Shown here: positions 27,900-38,428 of the stretch, in pieces
How positions within the stretch are numbered: position 1 is the first letter of the stretch
How the letters are laid out: each line of letters begins with the position of its first letter
Source of the DNA: an uncultured virus (IMG/VR IMGVR_UViG_3300035188_001352)
Taxonomy: Duplodnaviria; Heunggongvirae; Uroviricota; Caudoviricetes
Direction: 5' to 3' (one strand)
DNA: 56,937 bases
Virus record (IMG/VR): IMGVR_UViG_3300035188_001352
Span: 62,001-118,937 of that record
Translations under genes and position numbers: made by a program
Notes under the pieces: generated by a model
Told to the model about the DNA's origin: nothing
Seen by the model: the letters and a program-made list of their open reading frames with translations, nothing else
The model's database searches: none

Positions 27900-28346
27900 C
27901 TACAGTTCCTCAATCGCAGACTTAGCAAATACTGAAGCAGCTTTACCATCATACTGACCAGCATAGTTAGACTTCAAGTATGCCATAATCATACCAATTG
28001 ATGGTGTCTTATCTGCATCAACGACAAACTTGGCAATGATGTTTTCAAGCTCGATGTTTGACATTTGCTTTGGCAGATAACTGTCCAAGATTGCAAGTTC
28101 GCGTTCGGTCACGATAATCTTATTAACATCTTCAACTCGTTCGAAGACATCAAGCATTTCAAGAGCACCGGTCTTGAACTTAGTCAAAACTTTCAGTACT
28201 TCTTCGTCAGTACTTTCACGACTGCCATCGTCTTTACCAGGACGAGAAGCTTCGCCTAACAAAGTTGTTAGATACACTGCTTCAGGCGCTTTAGCCTTGC
28301 GAGCTTCAAGCGAACGGTCTTTGATTTGTTGTAGTAATGAAGTCAT
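27900..28346 (-). CDS. GatB/YqeY-domain protein
   Basis: SLLQQIK..ARKAK, TDEEV, E-x-x-IL-x-x-YLPKQMS, YAGQYDGK. Confidence 0.85.
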   Translation of the reverse strand: MTSLLQQIKDRSLEARKAKAPEAVYLTTLLGEASRPGKDDGSRESTDEEVLKVLTKFKTGALEMLDVFERVEDVNKIIVTERELAILDSYLPKQMSNIELENIIAKFVVDADKTPSIGMIMAYLKSNYAGQYDGKAASVFAKSAIEEL

Positions 28347-28817
28347 CTTTCGTTATTCCTCTTCTGAGTTTGATTTCTATGTTGTTTATCTCGTTCTATT
28401 GTTTCTTGTGAAAACCATCTTGGATGATATTCACCATTCTCTGTTAGTATTTCTGCTTTTATCAGAAGTTGATATCGATGACGTTGAGCATCATCGATAC
28501 CTAATTGCTCTGACGTAGCAGTCATTACTTACTGTTCTGTTTCAGATGTCGCTAGAGAAGCTACAACTTCTTCAACATTGAACTCTGCTAAACCTTTTGG
28601 ATAGACCACAATTCGTGCTGGTTCAAAAGCTTTCTTTGCCGCTGCTGCATAAGCTTCCATATGCTCTTTGGCTTTTGACATAGTTCCAATATCAACACCA
28701 ATTGTAATGACATGAGACGATGTCAATTGAGATGTATCCAACCAATTGACATCGCACTTTTCAAAGTTTATTTCAGATTTCATATTTGTTATAAAGGTTA
28801 TTACTACGTGAGTAAAA

Positions 28818-29216
28818 TTAGTCTAAGACGCGATGTCCACGTCCACGCATACAGTTGCGATAGATACGTTTGTAAGTTTCATCGCCTTCAATTGCACCTT
28901 TAGCAACACCACCTAACGCACCGGCTGATGCACCTACTGCTGCTCCCATGCCCGGATTGCCCAAGAATGCACCACCAACGGCACCGGCAGCACCACCAAG
29001 TAAGGCACCAGCTAAACCGTCAGTTGCAGCACCTTTAGCAGCACCTGAGTTTTCTGATGCCAATTGTTCGCATTCATAAGAGTCTTGTGATAAGAAAGCT
29101 GCACGTGGGTCGCCATAAGTATCAACTACTGGTCTATAGTTTGTCACTGATGCACAACCAGATAAAGTAGTCACAGCAGCTACAATAGCAGTAATAAGTA
29201 AAGTATTGTGTTTCAT
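28818..29216 (-). CDS. Glycine-zipper lipoprotein
   Basis: LSGC lipobox, GAxxGA repeats, CMRGRG-x-x-VL C-terminus. Confidence 0.8.
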   Translation of the reverse strand: MKHNTLLITAIVAAVTTLSGCASVTNYRPVVDTYGDPRAAFLSQDSYECEQLASENSGAAKGAATDGLAGALLGGAAGAVGGAFLGNPGMGAAVGASAGALGGVAKGAIEGDETYKRIYRNCMRGRGHRVLD

Positions 29217-29867
29217 TGTTTCATTTCCTAATTGAGATAAAAAGTCTATTTATACGATGGCATTTAGGATTTTTAGATTAGAGTCAAACATCATAACAAA
29301 AAAATCATCGCCTTGTTGATACGCAGCATTTCGTAAGTGGTTCATTTCACTTTTCAAATCTTGAATAACTTTGAAAAAGGTGTCAAAGGTATCACGTTTT
29401 TCTTTTGCTTGACGAACTTTGCCATCAACAAAATTCAAAAAAGCAGCTTCAGGTAATCCACGTGATAACGCATCTTGAGCCAAAACATGCAAAAAACTCT
29501 CTCTACTTAATACCATCCCCATGATACTCTCTCCTCAACGTTTGTTTGAATATGGGTCTATCATACCACATCAACCATACAATGTAAACGGTTGATGTGA
29601 TAGAAAATGTGAAGTGGTTATCAGATTAGGGTTGCCATGAATTTCAAGTTTTTCAATAGTTCGAGCAAATCCCAGAACTCTTTGATAGCTTGTAAATCGA
29701 CCATGTCTTCATTGATATGTTTCAAGTCAGTCAAGTCATTCAACAGTTCAATGTATTCAACTGTTGAGATTTCCTTGTTTTCGTGAAGCTTGATGATACG
29801 TTGAGACCTTTCAGCTAAGTCCTTAACAACTGGGACAGGTGATAAAAGAAAGTCATTCAATTCCATG

Positions 29868-30254
29868 TTATTGAGCTCCTAAAGTTGCGGCAATGAGACG
29901 TGAGCCGTCTGCAATGTTTTTGAGTTTTTCTGTGCAATATGGTACTGATGGAGGTGTCATACCTTCAGCATACTTATCACTGAATTCTTGGACCATTGAA
30001 AGTAGTGCTTTAGATGAACGTTGGATTTCTGGACTGTTTGACCTGAATTCCGCATATGTTGCCATATGATGAACATAGTTCTTGATACTTTGGGTATCTT
30101 TACGAACTGCTGACGGGTCACTACATTTGGTTTGCAAATCTACAGCGACTTCATAGATAGTCACAAACCTATCATATTGAAGTCCGTCAAACTTGATGTT
30201 TGAACAACCTGCTGATGTTGCTAAAAGTAATAGTGCTATGTATAGTTTTTTCAT
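29868..30254 (-). CDS. Lipoprotein
   Basis: SAGC lipobox; adjacent to the 29621..29866 helical ORF. Confidence 0.65.
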   Translation of the reverse strand: MKKLYIALLLLATSAGCSNIKFDGLQYDRFVTIYEVAVDLQTKCSDPSAVRKDTQSIKNYVHHMATYAEFRSNSPEIQRSSKALLSMVQEFSDKYAEGMTPPSVPYCTEKLKNIADGSRLIAATLGAQ

Positions 30255-30271
30255 ATGTATGTTATCTCCCC

Positions 30272-30544
30272 TTATAATAGTTTAGTTTCTATGATATTTT
30301 CAATTCGAAAAGATCGCCATGCATTCTTATCTAAATCATATACGGCAATCGTATTAGGATTATCAGCTTTATTTTTTGGTTCATAAACACTTTTGTCTAA
30401 TGTCACCGGTATCAAGTCTTCATTGAGGGTGCAGTTCATTATTCGTGTGTCGCCGTTGACTTTGGTAAATGTCACTTGAACTTTATTATGACTCAAAAAA
30501 CTTTTGAGCATTTTTTTACGATTGGCAATATCAGTCGTATTCAT
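30272..30544 (-). CDS. WYL-like/SH3-fold (DUF2693-like) phage protein
   Basis: VTFTKVNG-x-x-R-x-M-x-CTL...VYDLDKNAWRSFR. Confidence 0.8.
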   Translation of the reverse strand: MNTTDIANRKKMLKSFLSHNKVQVTFTKVNGDTRIMNCTLNEDLIPVTLDKSVYEPKNKADNPNTIAVYDLDKNAWRSFRIENIIETKLL

Positions 30545-30624
30545 TATATTTATTCCACTATTACATACAAATGTTAATTATATACAAGTTCTGTGTTGAT
30601 GTAAACGGACATCACTTATGGACT

Positions 30625-30848
30625 TTACTCTCAAAAACTGACAGACTATATAATTGATTTCGCTTAGGTGTAACTTATTGATTTTATTACTCGAAAAACT
30701 GACAGACTAAGGGTATATATTATATTTAGTTGTCTCTCCCTCTTCTTCATTTTCATATCATTTTCTCTTTTACTTCTGGTTTGTCTTTTTCTAAGTAGTT
30801 GATTTTATTACTAAAAATATTTATCATTATCTTCGTAACTTATTGATT
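30625..30848. repeat. Non-coding AT-rich locus with three IHF-consensus sites and a direct repeat
   Basis: WATCAANNNNTTR on the minus strand at 30671, 30792 and 30836; TTACTC..AAAAACTGACAGACTA at ~30625 and ~30687. Confidence 0.6.
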
Positions 30849-31012
30849 TATATACTAGTTTTCAAACACATCATTTTCCATGACTAATCACTCGGCAATT
30901 TTTGAAGAAAAATGAGGATTTTGAAGAAAATCATATTTTGATGTTTATGGGTGTCATAAATAGTGATAAAATATACTTATACAAACACTTTCAAACAAAG
31001 GTTCTCGTTCAT

Positions 31013-31750
31013 ATGATTAGGTTCGCCAAACATTATACTCCTACATCTTTTCTTCTAAGTAGCATTTTAGTAGCATCCAATGTAAATGCTTGTCCTGAAC
31101 TTGATGATACATTGGAACCGAAGCTATCATATCAAATTACTAAACTATGCAGGTCTGAATTTGAACTTGGTTATTCTACTGAGAAAAAAATAACATTGTG
31201 GGCAGGTGAAAAACTAACTGCAATTGAAGCTCGAGATACTGAACCAAGAATGAGTTTATTCAAAGCAGACCCAGAGTTAGAAAAAGGACAACGTGCTGAA
31301 CTATATGATTATACTAACTCAGGTTTTGATAGAGGTCATATGGTACCAACTGGAGATATGCATACCCTTGAAGGAATGACTGATAGTTTCTTGTTGTCAA
31401 ACATGATGCCTCAGAAGCCGTCAAACAATCGAGGAATTTGGAAGGTATTAGAAAAGTTTGCTAAAGATACTGCTAAGTCGCATGGCGAAGTGATTATCTT
31501 CACTGGACCTGTGTTGAGTAAAACTACATTGACTATCGGACCAAATAGAATACCAGTTCCACGTGCAATGTATAAAGTCATTTTTGACCCTAAGTCATCT
31601 GAGAGTTGGTCTTTTATTGTACCGAATGAAAAGATATCTTCTAGCTTATTACCTCGTAAATTGGTAAAGCTGAAAGATATAAAAGATGAGACAGGAATTG
31701 AATTTTTGAAAGGGATGCAAGTAAAAGAACAAACATCCCTTTCTAATTAA
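31013..31750 (+). CDS. Secreted DNA/RNA non-specific endonuclease (NucA/EndoG family)
   Basis: SGFDRGHMVP, LSNMMPQ-x-x-x-NNRGIW; signal-like N-terminus from MIRF. Confidence 0.9.
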   Translation: MIRFAKHYTPTSFLLSSILVASNVNACPELDDTLEPKLSYQITKLCRSEFELGYSTEKKITLWAGEKLTAIEARDTEPRMSLFKADPELEKGQRAELYDYTNSGFDRGHMVPTGDMHTLEGMTDSFLLSNMMPQKPSNNRGIWKVLEKFAKDTAKSHGEVIIFTGPVLSKTTLTIGPNRIPVPRAMYKVIFDPKSSESWSFIVPNEKISSSLLPRKLVKLKDIKDETGIEFLKGMQVKEQTSLSN

Positions 31751-32893
31751 GAGCGGGATTATTTGATAACGCCTAATCCATCATGGGCTAACTGAAAATT
31801 GACACAACCTTGCATTAGTTGTTTGATGTTTTTAGCGTTAGCGATTTGAGCATTTGCTTTTGCAATATTTTTTGGGCGAGCGTTTGACTTAGCTTTAACT
31901 TCTTCGTAAGCACGTTCCTTTGCTTTTGTCAAATCTTTTTCATTTTGCAATGAAGCAATAAACTTCATTGAGAAGAAAGCATTGTCAGAATAATCAGGTT
32001 TAGTAGTCATCGTATTTTCCTGTATAAAAGATTGAAATAAAACTTTACTTACAGGTCTATTATACCATAGACTTTACTAGTTGTAAATAGTTTTTAGTAG
32101 TCGCCTAAGGTGCAATAGTCACAGTACATTTCAACTTGTTGTTTGATGTACTGTTCATTTTCATAACTTACTGTCACACCAATTTCCTGAAGTTCTAAAA
32201 ACAAACCTTTGAGAATGATTTGGCTTATAGGAACTCCGGACTCTTTGCTTACCTTATCAATAACATTGATATCGTATTCGTCTTCAAAGCTAAAACGTTC
32301 TGGGCTATTTAGCTCTAATTGAATAATGATACAATTATCATTGAAGTCCAAGCTTAGATTTACATCATGATGTGTGGGTAATTGTAGAGTGTTCATATCT
32401 TTATCCTTCTTATTGTATGATTACTAGTGGCATAAACTATTTAATCGTATATGCCACACTTGTAATCAGTTTATCTTATATTACCAAGAACTTACATCAG
32501 TAATGTCAATCGATTCACCGCAATCACATGTGACGATATGAGTTGGACCGATACCACTTTCATGAGAAGTTTTGAAGTGAATTTGAGTAAAGACTTCTTC
32601 ATGGTCTTTGATGTAAGGACACGTTTCTGCATGTTCTAAAATCCATTCAGCAAAAGCTTTAGCTTCTGTAACGGTAATAGACAAATTTGCTTTTGATTTG
32701 TTTGATGGCATAACATCCTTCCTATGTTCATTGATTTTTGACATTCTTTGGAACTTTTTGCTATCAGCCGCTTGTTTGATTTCGCTAATTGAAATAGAAA
32801 GTAAGGTTGGTTCTTGAACGTGTAACGTATTGTTATACACAAAAACTTCAACCTTATCTCCGTCGTTATTAACGTCCCATGAAAGAGTTCTAC

Positions 32894-33529
32894 TCATAGA
32901 GTTTTATCCTGACCTGCCTCTATTACTAATTGATAGATTTCTTTTTGCTTTAATTCTGGTATATGTCTAGCTATAATTGCTATAGCTTTACCTTTAGGTA
33001 ATATAATATCTCTATACACATTTCCAAACTTTTTCGCAAATTTATCTGCCATTCTACCATAGAGTCGCATTCGAGGTTCTATGTTGTCAACAGCAACAAA
33101 TAATACTACATCAACATCAAAATGAATAATCTTTTCACCTAATGAGTTTTGAATAGTTCCTATTACCTGATTGGGTTGTCCAGCAGAAGTTAGATTAGTT
33201 GTATATTCACCATCTACTTTTACTTCAAAACTAACATTAACCCCTTTTAATAAAGTATCATTTACTTTGTATTGAAAAAGTTCAAAATGAATAACGTAAT
33301 CAAAACCTTGTGATGAAAAGAATCCATTCAGCCCTGTTTCAGTAGCTCGTTCCCATTTTACCGGTAAAGCCATTTCGTTTAGAACAAATTCATCCCACAC
33401 TGGAGGATAAACATATTCTTCTCGTAATACATGGCCATTATAGATTGGTCGTATACCTAACCGCCCAGATAAATCTTGAAGGTCAATATCGATTTTTGAC
33501 CAATCTATAAACACTTCACTTAATTTCAT
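32894..33529 (-). CDS. Hypothetical protein, putative capsid-targeted internal protein
   Basis: MKLSEVF leader, LRE/LNE motifs, R-x-x-LY-x-RMA-x-K motif shared with 1977..2498. Confidence 0.55.
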   Translation of the reverse strand: MKLSEVFIDWSKIDIDLQDLSGRLGIRPIYNGHVLREEYVYPPVWDEFVLNEMALPVKWERATETGLNGFFSSQGFDYVIHFELFQYKVNDTLLKGVNVSFEVKVDGEYTTNLTSAGQPNQVIGTIQNSLGEKIIHFDVDVVLFVAVDNIEPRMRLYGRMADKFAKKFGNVYRDIILPKGKAIAIIARHIPELKQKEIYQLVIEAGQDKTL

Positions 33530-33794
33530 TTTGCTTTTTTGTCCTCTTCGATTTTGTTCAATTGAGCAATTTCGTCTTTAGTCAAAAGCGATTCAAAATA
33601 ATGTAAGTGCTGACACATTAAGACATGAACTTCACGAACTGTTGCCGCTTTAGCCTCATACATTTGGAATGATGCTTTATCATCACGATTATCAGACCGA
33701 GCATACATTGTAGCACACATATTAGCGTCCCGGTCAAATGATCTTGCGTGATTTAGAATAGCATCGCATAAGTCGTTAAGAGCTGTAAGTTTCA

Positions 33795-34886
33795 TTATGC
33801 GCTAATCCCTTCTTTGAAGTGAACACCAACTTGAGGCCAGTAAAGAACTTCAGTTCCGACAGGCAGTTTGCGATTCACTGATGTAGATTGAACGAATACT
33901 TCCCACTTGCCCAAATCGCCAGGTCTAAGTTTCGCATCACCATACTTTGGCAATCCCAACATATCGCGAGCAGCTTGACCAGAATAGATGACTTTCGTAT
34001 TTTTGTCTCGAATCATAATCAGCTTGGTTTGTTGTACTTTGTCTGCAGTCTTTTTGCCGCCAACAAGTTTGTAGAATGCTCCACCTTTCAACATTTTGTC
34101 GCCAAGCTTATGTTCAACGAACTCACGAATGTTTGAACCTTCAGCTTCAGTTTGGACCAACCATGAAGTGACTTGAGATGAGATATCGACCAATTGAGCT
34201 TTGACTTCGTCAAGTGATACATTATGCAAGTCTGCGTAAAACGAACGAGTTGCAGTCTTACCTTCGCTACGAGCAGTAAAGTAAGAACCTAATGAAGTAG
34301 TCGTAATGGTTGTTGATTGTTCCATACCACGAGCAGTAGTTTCCCATTCTTGAACATTGCCATCGTATAAGCCAAGGTCACGGACTAATTGACGTGCATA
34401 GCCTTTTGGAGTTCTAAAAGCAAAGGTCCAACGGTCAGTGCTTTGAAGTGCTTTGATTTCAGCCGCTAATGTTGTTGCTCTCCAGTTATAAGAGCTGTTT
34501 TCTTCACCATCAGTTACAACCAACACCAAGAATGAAGTGTTTGGGTCGGCAAAGTCTGGAGATTTTTTTGCAATGTCAATAAGCTCGCCGACGCTGTCGT
34601 AAAGCGGAGTACCACTACCATCAGTTTCATAACTGTGTTCAGGAATGGAAGCAAGGCCAGTGATTGATGCATTGACGAATTCAGTTCGAACTTCACGAGT
34701 TCGACCATAACCACAATTGACTAATGATACGACTACGTTTTGCGATAGGTCAATTGCATTTTGTTTGATTGTTGCAATTTGGGAATTGTAATCGCGAGCT
34801 GCTTGTTTGGCAATACCACGCATAGACGCAGAATGGTCTAAGGAGATAAGGACGTGAGTTTTGTATTGTTGTGCTAAAGTATCCAT
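33795..34886 (-). CDS. von Willebrand factor A domain protein
   Basis: MIDAS D-H-S-A-S-M, TPLYD, VTDGEENSS; start probably MDTL. Confidence 0.85.
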   Translation of the reverse strand: MDTLAQQYKTHVLISLDHSASMRGIAKQAARDYNSQIATIKQNAIDLSQNVVVSLVNCGYGRTREVRTEFVNASITGLASIPEHSYETDGSGTPLYDSVGELIDIAKKSPDFADPNTSFLVLVVTDGEENSSYNWRATTLAAEIKALQSTDRWTFAFRTPKGYARQLVRDLGLYDGNVQEWETTARGMEQSTTITTTSLGSYFTARSEGKTATRSFYADLHNVSLDEVKAQLVDISSQVTSWLVQTEAEGSNIREFVEHKLGDKMLKGGAFYKLVGGKKTADKVQQTKLIMIRDKNTKVIYSGQAARDMLGLPKYGDAKLRPGDLGKWEVFVQSTSVNRKLPVGTEVLYWPQVGVHFKEGISA

Positions 34887-36986
34887 AAAGTATAAACCTC
34901 TAAAATGTGTGTAAAAAGTAAAAATCAATAAAGTATACGAACCGAATAGTATAAGCTCGTATATCTATTTATAGCTTTCGTTTCCATGCTTTTTGCGATG
35001 TCCAGTTATGGAAGTCAATTGCTGGCTGCCACTGATACAATGTTAGTGCAATTAACGGGTGTGCAATAATGTCATGGACTAAAGCCCAGAATAAGCATTC
35101 ATCAAACATTATGCAACAATTGTTAGGGTCAAGTTTTGCCATACTTACTTCTTCCGAAAAATAACAATGTCTTCAAGTTTAGAAAAAAGATTGATTAGTT
35201 TATCAATGCCCAAATTGATTGATGCTACAATACAAATACAAAATCCAAGAATTGGGCAAAATGATAAGATGCACCATGAAGTAAGTCCAAAAATGTCCAT
35301 TAATGTCATTTGACGCTTTCGACAATATTCTTTTCGCGCATAACGATAGATGTATATCAACATTATGCAACCAGCAATAAGGGTGATTGGAGCAAAGAAT
35401 CCAAAATCGTGGTATGTAATGTTCATTCAACTACCGTTAAATTTGCTCTACGTTTTTTGGACATTCTCATAATGTATGTTTGCAAGTAGTCACAGAAACC
35501 TTTAGGAGGCATTCCGTTGTAGCTACCGAATGTAGTCATTTCAAGTTGCTTACCTTCAAACCAGAACTCGATTTGAGATGCAGGGATATCACCTTCAGCA
35601 ACACCCAAACGAAAGCGTTGAACAATAAGTTCAGAACCAACTCGAACTCTCATTGTCTTCCCAATTTTCAGGTTATGCTTAAGATACCGACAATACATTT
35701 TGTAGAAATCTTCAATGTTTGCATCACTAACAACTTGACCTTCTTTGGGATCATATACAATTTTCATCATGATGACTTACTCTCTATACTGTTTGAATAT
35801 GTGTCTATTATACTATACAAAATGTAAAAGTGTAAATGGCTATTTGTGATAACCAGTTATCAAATCTTGTAAGTCATACCTACTGCAAAAGCATCTTTGA
35901 GAGTAACATAGACCGGGATACACTGATAACCACGTTCTTTCCATAAGGGAAGTTTTGATGGTTCCCGTTCCACGTGATGAACAGCATCATTACCAAGCTT
36001 GTTCAATATCATCCAGCCAAAAAGAGCTTTTCGATTTTCATCAATATCAGAAGGAGTAGTCATCGTCTTGGTACCGTAGTGTAAGCGTATGAAATTTGGA
36101 TATGCGTCTAAAAGCAATAAGAAATGCTACCCACTTGTAGCGATACTTGCCAATCAATTCAGACGACATAGAAGTCGAATACATATGTCGTCTATAAAGA
36201 TACCACATTACTGTTTGAAGTTTTTGATTAGGTTAGCTTTAGCATGTAATAAGATTTGTTTGGCCTTCAACGCATCTCTTGACGTACATTCTTTGAGCTC
36301 GTCAAGTTGTCTATTAAGCTCGTCAAACACTTCAATGAATGACATATCTTGAGCGACAATTTTGTGATTAGTTTCACGCCCATCATCGAATGCATCAAAT
36401 CCGAAACGAGATTCTTTTTCTGTTTTTTGATATGCTAAAACGCTCATTTCAACTCCAACCGTTCAAGGATTTCTCCTCTAATAGAGTGCAAAACTCCTCG
36501 ACGAACACTAGTGATTTCATCTAAAGGTATTTGAGCTATTTGCTCATTAAGGATATCTAATACCTCTTGATATGTCAATTCAATCAACTTATCTGAATTG
36601 ACATATGTATCAGTATAAGCTTCAGGTTCGCCAAATGCACCATGCCCATATGATCTTACGTTGTATTTTGCTTTATCTATAAGGTCTGAATATAAGTTCA
36701 TTATGCTCCTGCCAACATTGCTTTGATTTCTTTACGAGAAATCATTTGACGGTTCAAGTAGTATTCGTTTCCAGCCATTCCCCATTCGCCATGAATGGTT
36801 GTCATGAACATACCATTGAAACTGAATACTTTGAAGTTACTGGGATTAGATTGGAATGCATCTTTCAAACATGTTAAGCTATACATCTTTAGGTTCCTCT
36901 CTTTAGTTGATGGAACCATTGTATACAGAAGTGTTGCAAATGTAAATAGACAATAATGATAACTACTTCACAATTTTGGACATACA

Positions 36987-37751
36987 ATGAAAGTACGCGA
37001 ACTCTTCCTAACTGAAAAAATCAATCTTACCGATATACGAGCAAAGTTGAACAAAATCATCCGCTTAGAGCTTGAAAAGCTTTCCGGTAAGCTTGAAATC
37101 TTTGATGAACATTATAAACCATTAGAACAAATAAGTGAAAGCATCCAAGCCATCAAAAAGCTTGAACTTAAAATTGCACAAGAGCTAAAAGAGTTTGGTG
37201 TAAAGACTGTTGTCATCCAAGGGGCTAAAGAAGCTTACTTCGACAGCGGACATGCACGTATTGGTTCTTTCGCAGCCGGGTATGGTGGGTTAGAGTTTTA
37301 CATACCATTCGATTTGGTCAATAAAGCAACCTACTTTGGAGATGCTAAGCGAGACAAGTTCATTTCTCTTGCCATTGCTATCCTACTGCATGAACTAACC
37401 CATGCAGTTCAAAACCAAAGAACTCCTACAGAAAAGAGCATCAAACGTTCTAACTATCATGATGACCAAGGGGAAGTGATGATAAAGCCTTACCTTAGCA
37501 ACCCATCAGAAATTGAAGCACTTGCTGTCAATACAGCAGAGATGCTAATGAATAGATTTGACAATGACAAGAACAAAATTTTGCACTCTATAGATAACCT
37601 AAAGAACGAGACTTCCAAACAAGACACCATTGGCACATCTATCACCAAGTATTGGACACACTTTGGCACTTCAGAAGAACGACTTGACCAACGCATTTGG
37701 AAGCGGTTCCTCAAGAAGCTCCATCAACATATTGTCGATTTTGATAACTAG
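36987..37751 (+). CDS. HExxH metallopeptidase-like protein with putative capsid-targeting N-terminus
   Basis: MKVRELFLTE; HELTHAVQ...YLSNPSEIEA. Confidence 0.6.
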   Translation: MKVRELFLTEKINLTDIRAKLNKIIRLELEKLSGKLEIFDEHYKPLEQISESIQAIKKLELKIAQELKEFGVKTVVIQGAKEAYFDSGHARIGSFAAGYGGLEFYIPFDLVNKATYFGDAKRDKFISLAIAILLHELTHAVQNQRTPTEKSIKRSNYHDDQGEVMIKPYLSNPSEIEALAVNTAEMLMNRFDNDKNKILHSIDNLKNETSKQDTIGTSITKYWTHFGTSEERLDQRIWKRFLKKLHQHIVDFDN

Positions 37752-37757
37752 TTATCA
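37742..37757. promoter_or_regulatory. Perfect palindrome TGATAACTAGTTATCA upstream of a + strand early promoter
   Basis: Related 16-mers at 255, 8085, 11190, 16840, 18289, 29608, 35847 and 36957. Confidence 0.6.
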
Positions 37758-38428
37758 CTTTTAACCGTTTACATCTGACTTTATTCCTTTTATAATAGCT
37801 ACATATTCTAAAGAGGGGAGAACTACGATGACAACCAAACCGATGACCTGGACCAAATTTTTGGAATCCTTTACAGAAGATGATTGGAAAGAAATTGTTG
37901 CTGATGACCAACGATTCAACAAAAGTAGTATAATTGGTGATTGTCTGTTACGAGAAAAAGCCCAAGAATGGGAAGCAAACATCGATTATTCTGGCGGTGT
38001 TATTATGACAATGCGAAACATTTCCCATGAAGCTTACAAGTACTTTACCAACAAATACTTTGAATCGATTTACTCAAAAGAGCCATTAGTGAAATGAAAA
38101 GACCATTTGAAGTTCGCATCAAATCCCTTGGCTTGGCAAGCAAATATTATCAAATCGAATACACTGAATACTGGTTTTTTGGTTTATTCAAGACTTGGGT
38201 TACAATTGAACAATATCATTACCTTAAAGGTGATGTATCATATGCTGGACTTTGTTGGACTCGATGGTTAGGAACCTATCAAGAAGCTATTGTGTTTGCA
38301 AAGACTTTGACTTCATATGAAAAAGTTGAAGAGTATAACCAAAGACAATTAGCAATCGAAGAAGAAAGTGAAAAACGTTATGCAGAGTATTTGAAGAAAG
38401 TACGACCGGTAAAAGTAAAGCAGATTTT

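Noticed and set aside
33795..34886. vWA protein as the Ro60/TROVE partner of the Y-like RNAs
   Set aside because: The vWA domain is N-terminal and there is no helical TROVE region, so it is not Ro60 architecture.
6446..35836. CRISPR array from recurring GTTTGAATATGGGTCTATTATA repeats
   Set aside because: Copies are kilobases apart, degenerate and coincide with promoters; no regular spacers and no cas genes.
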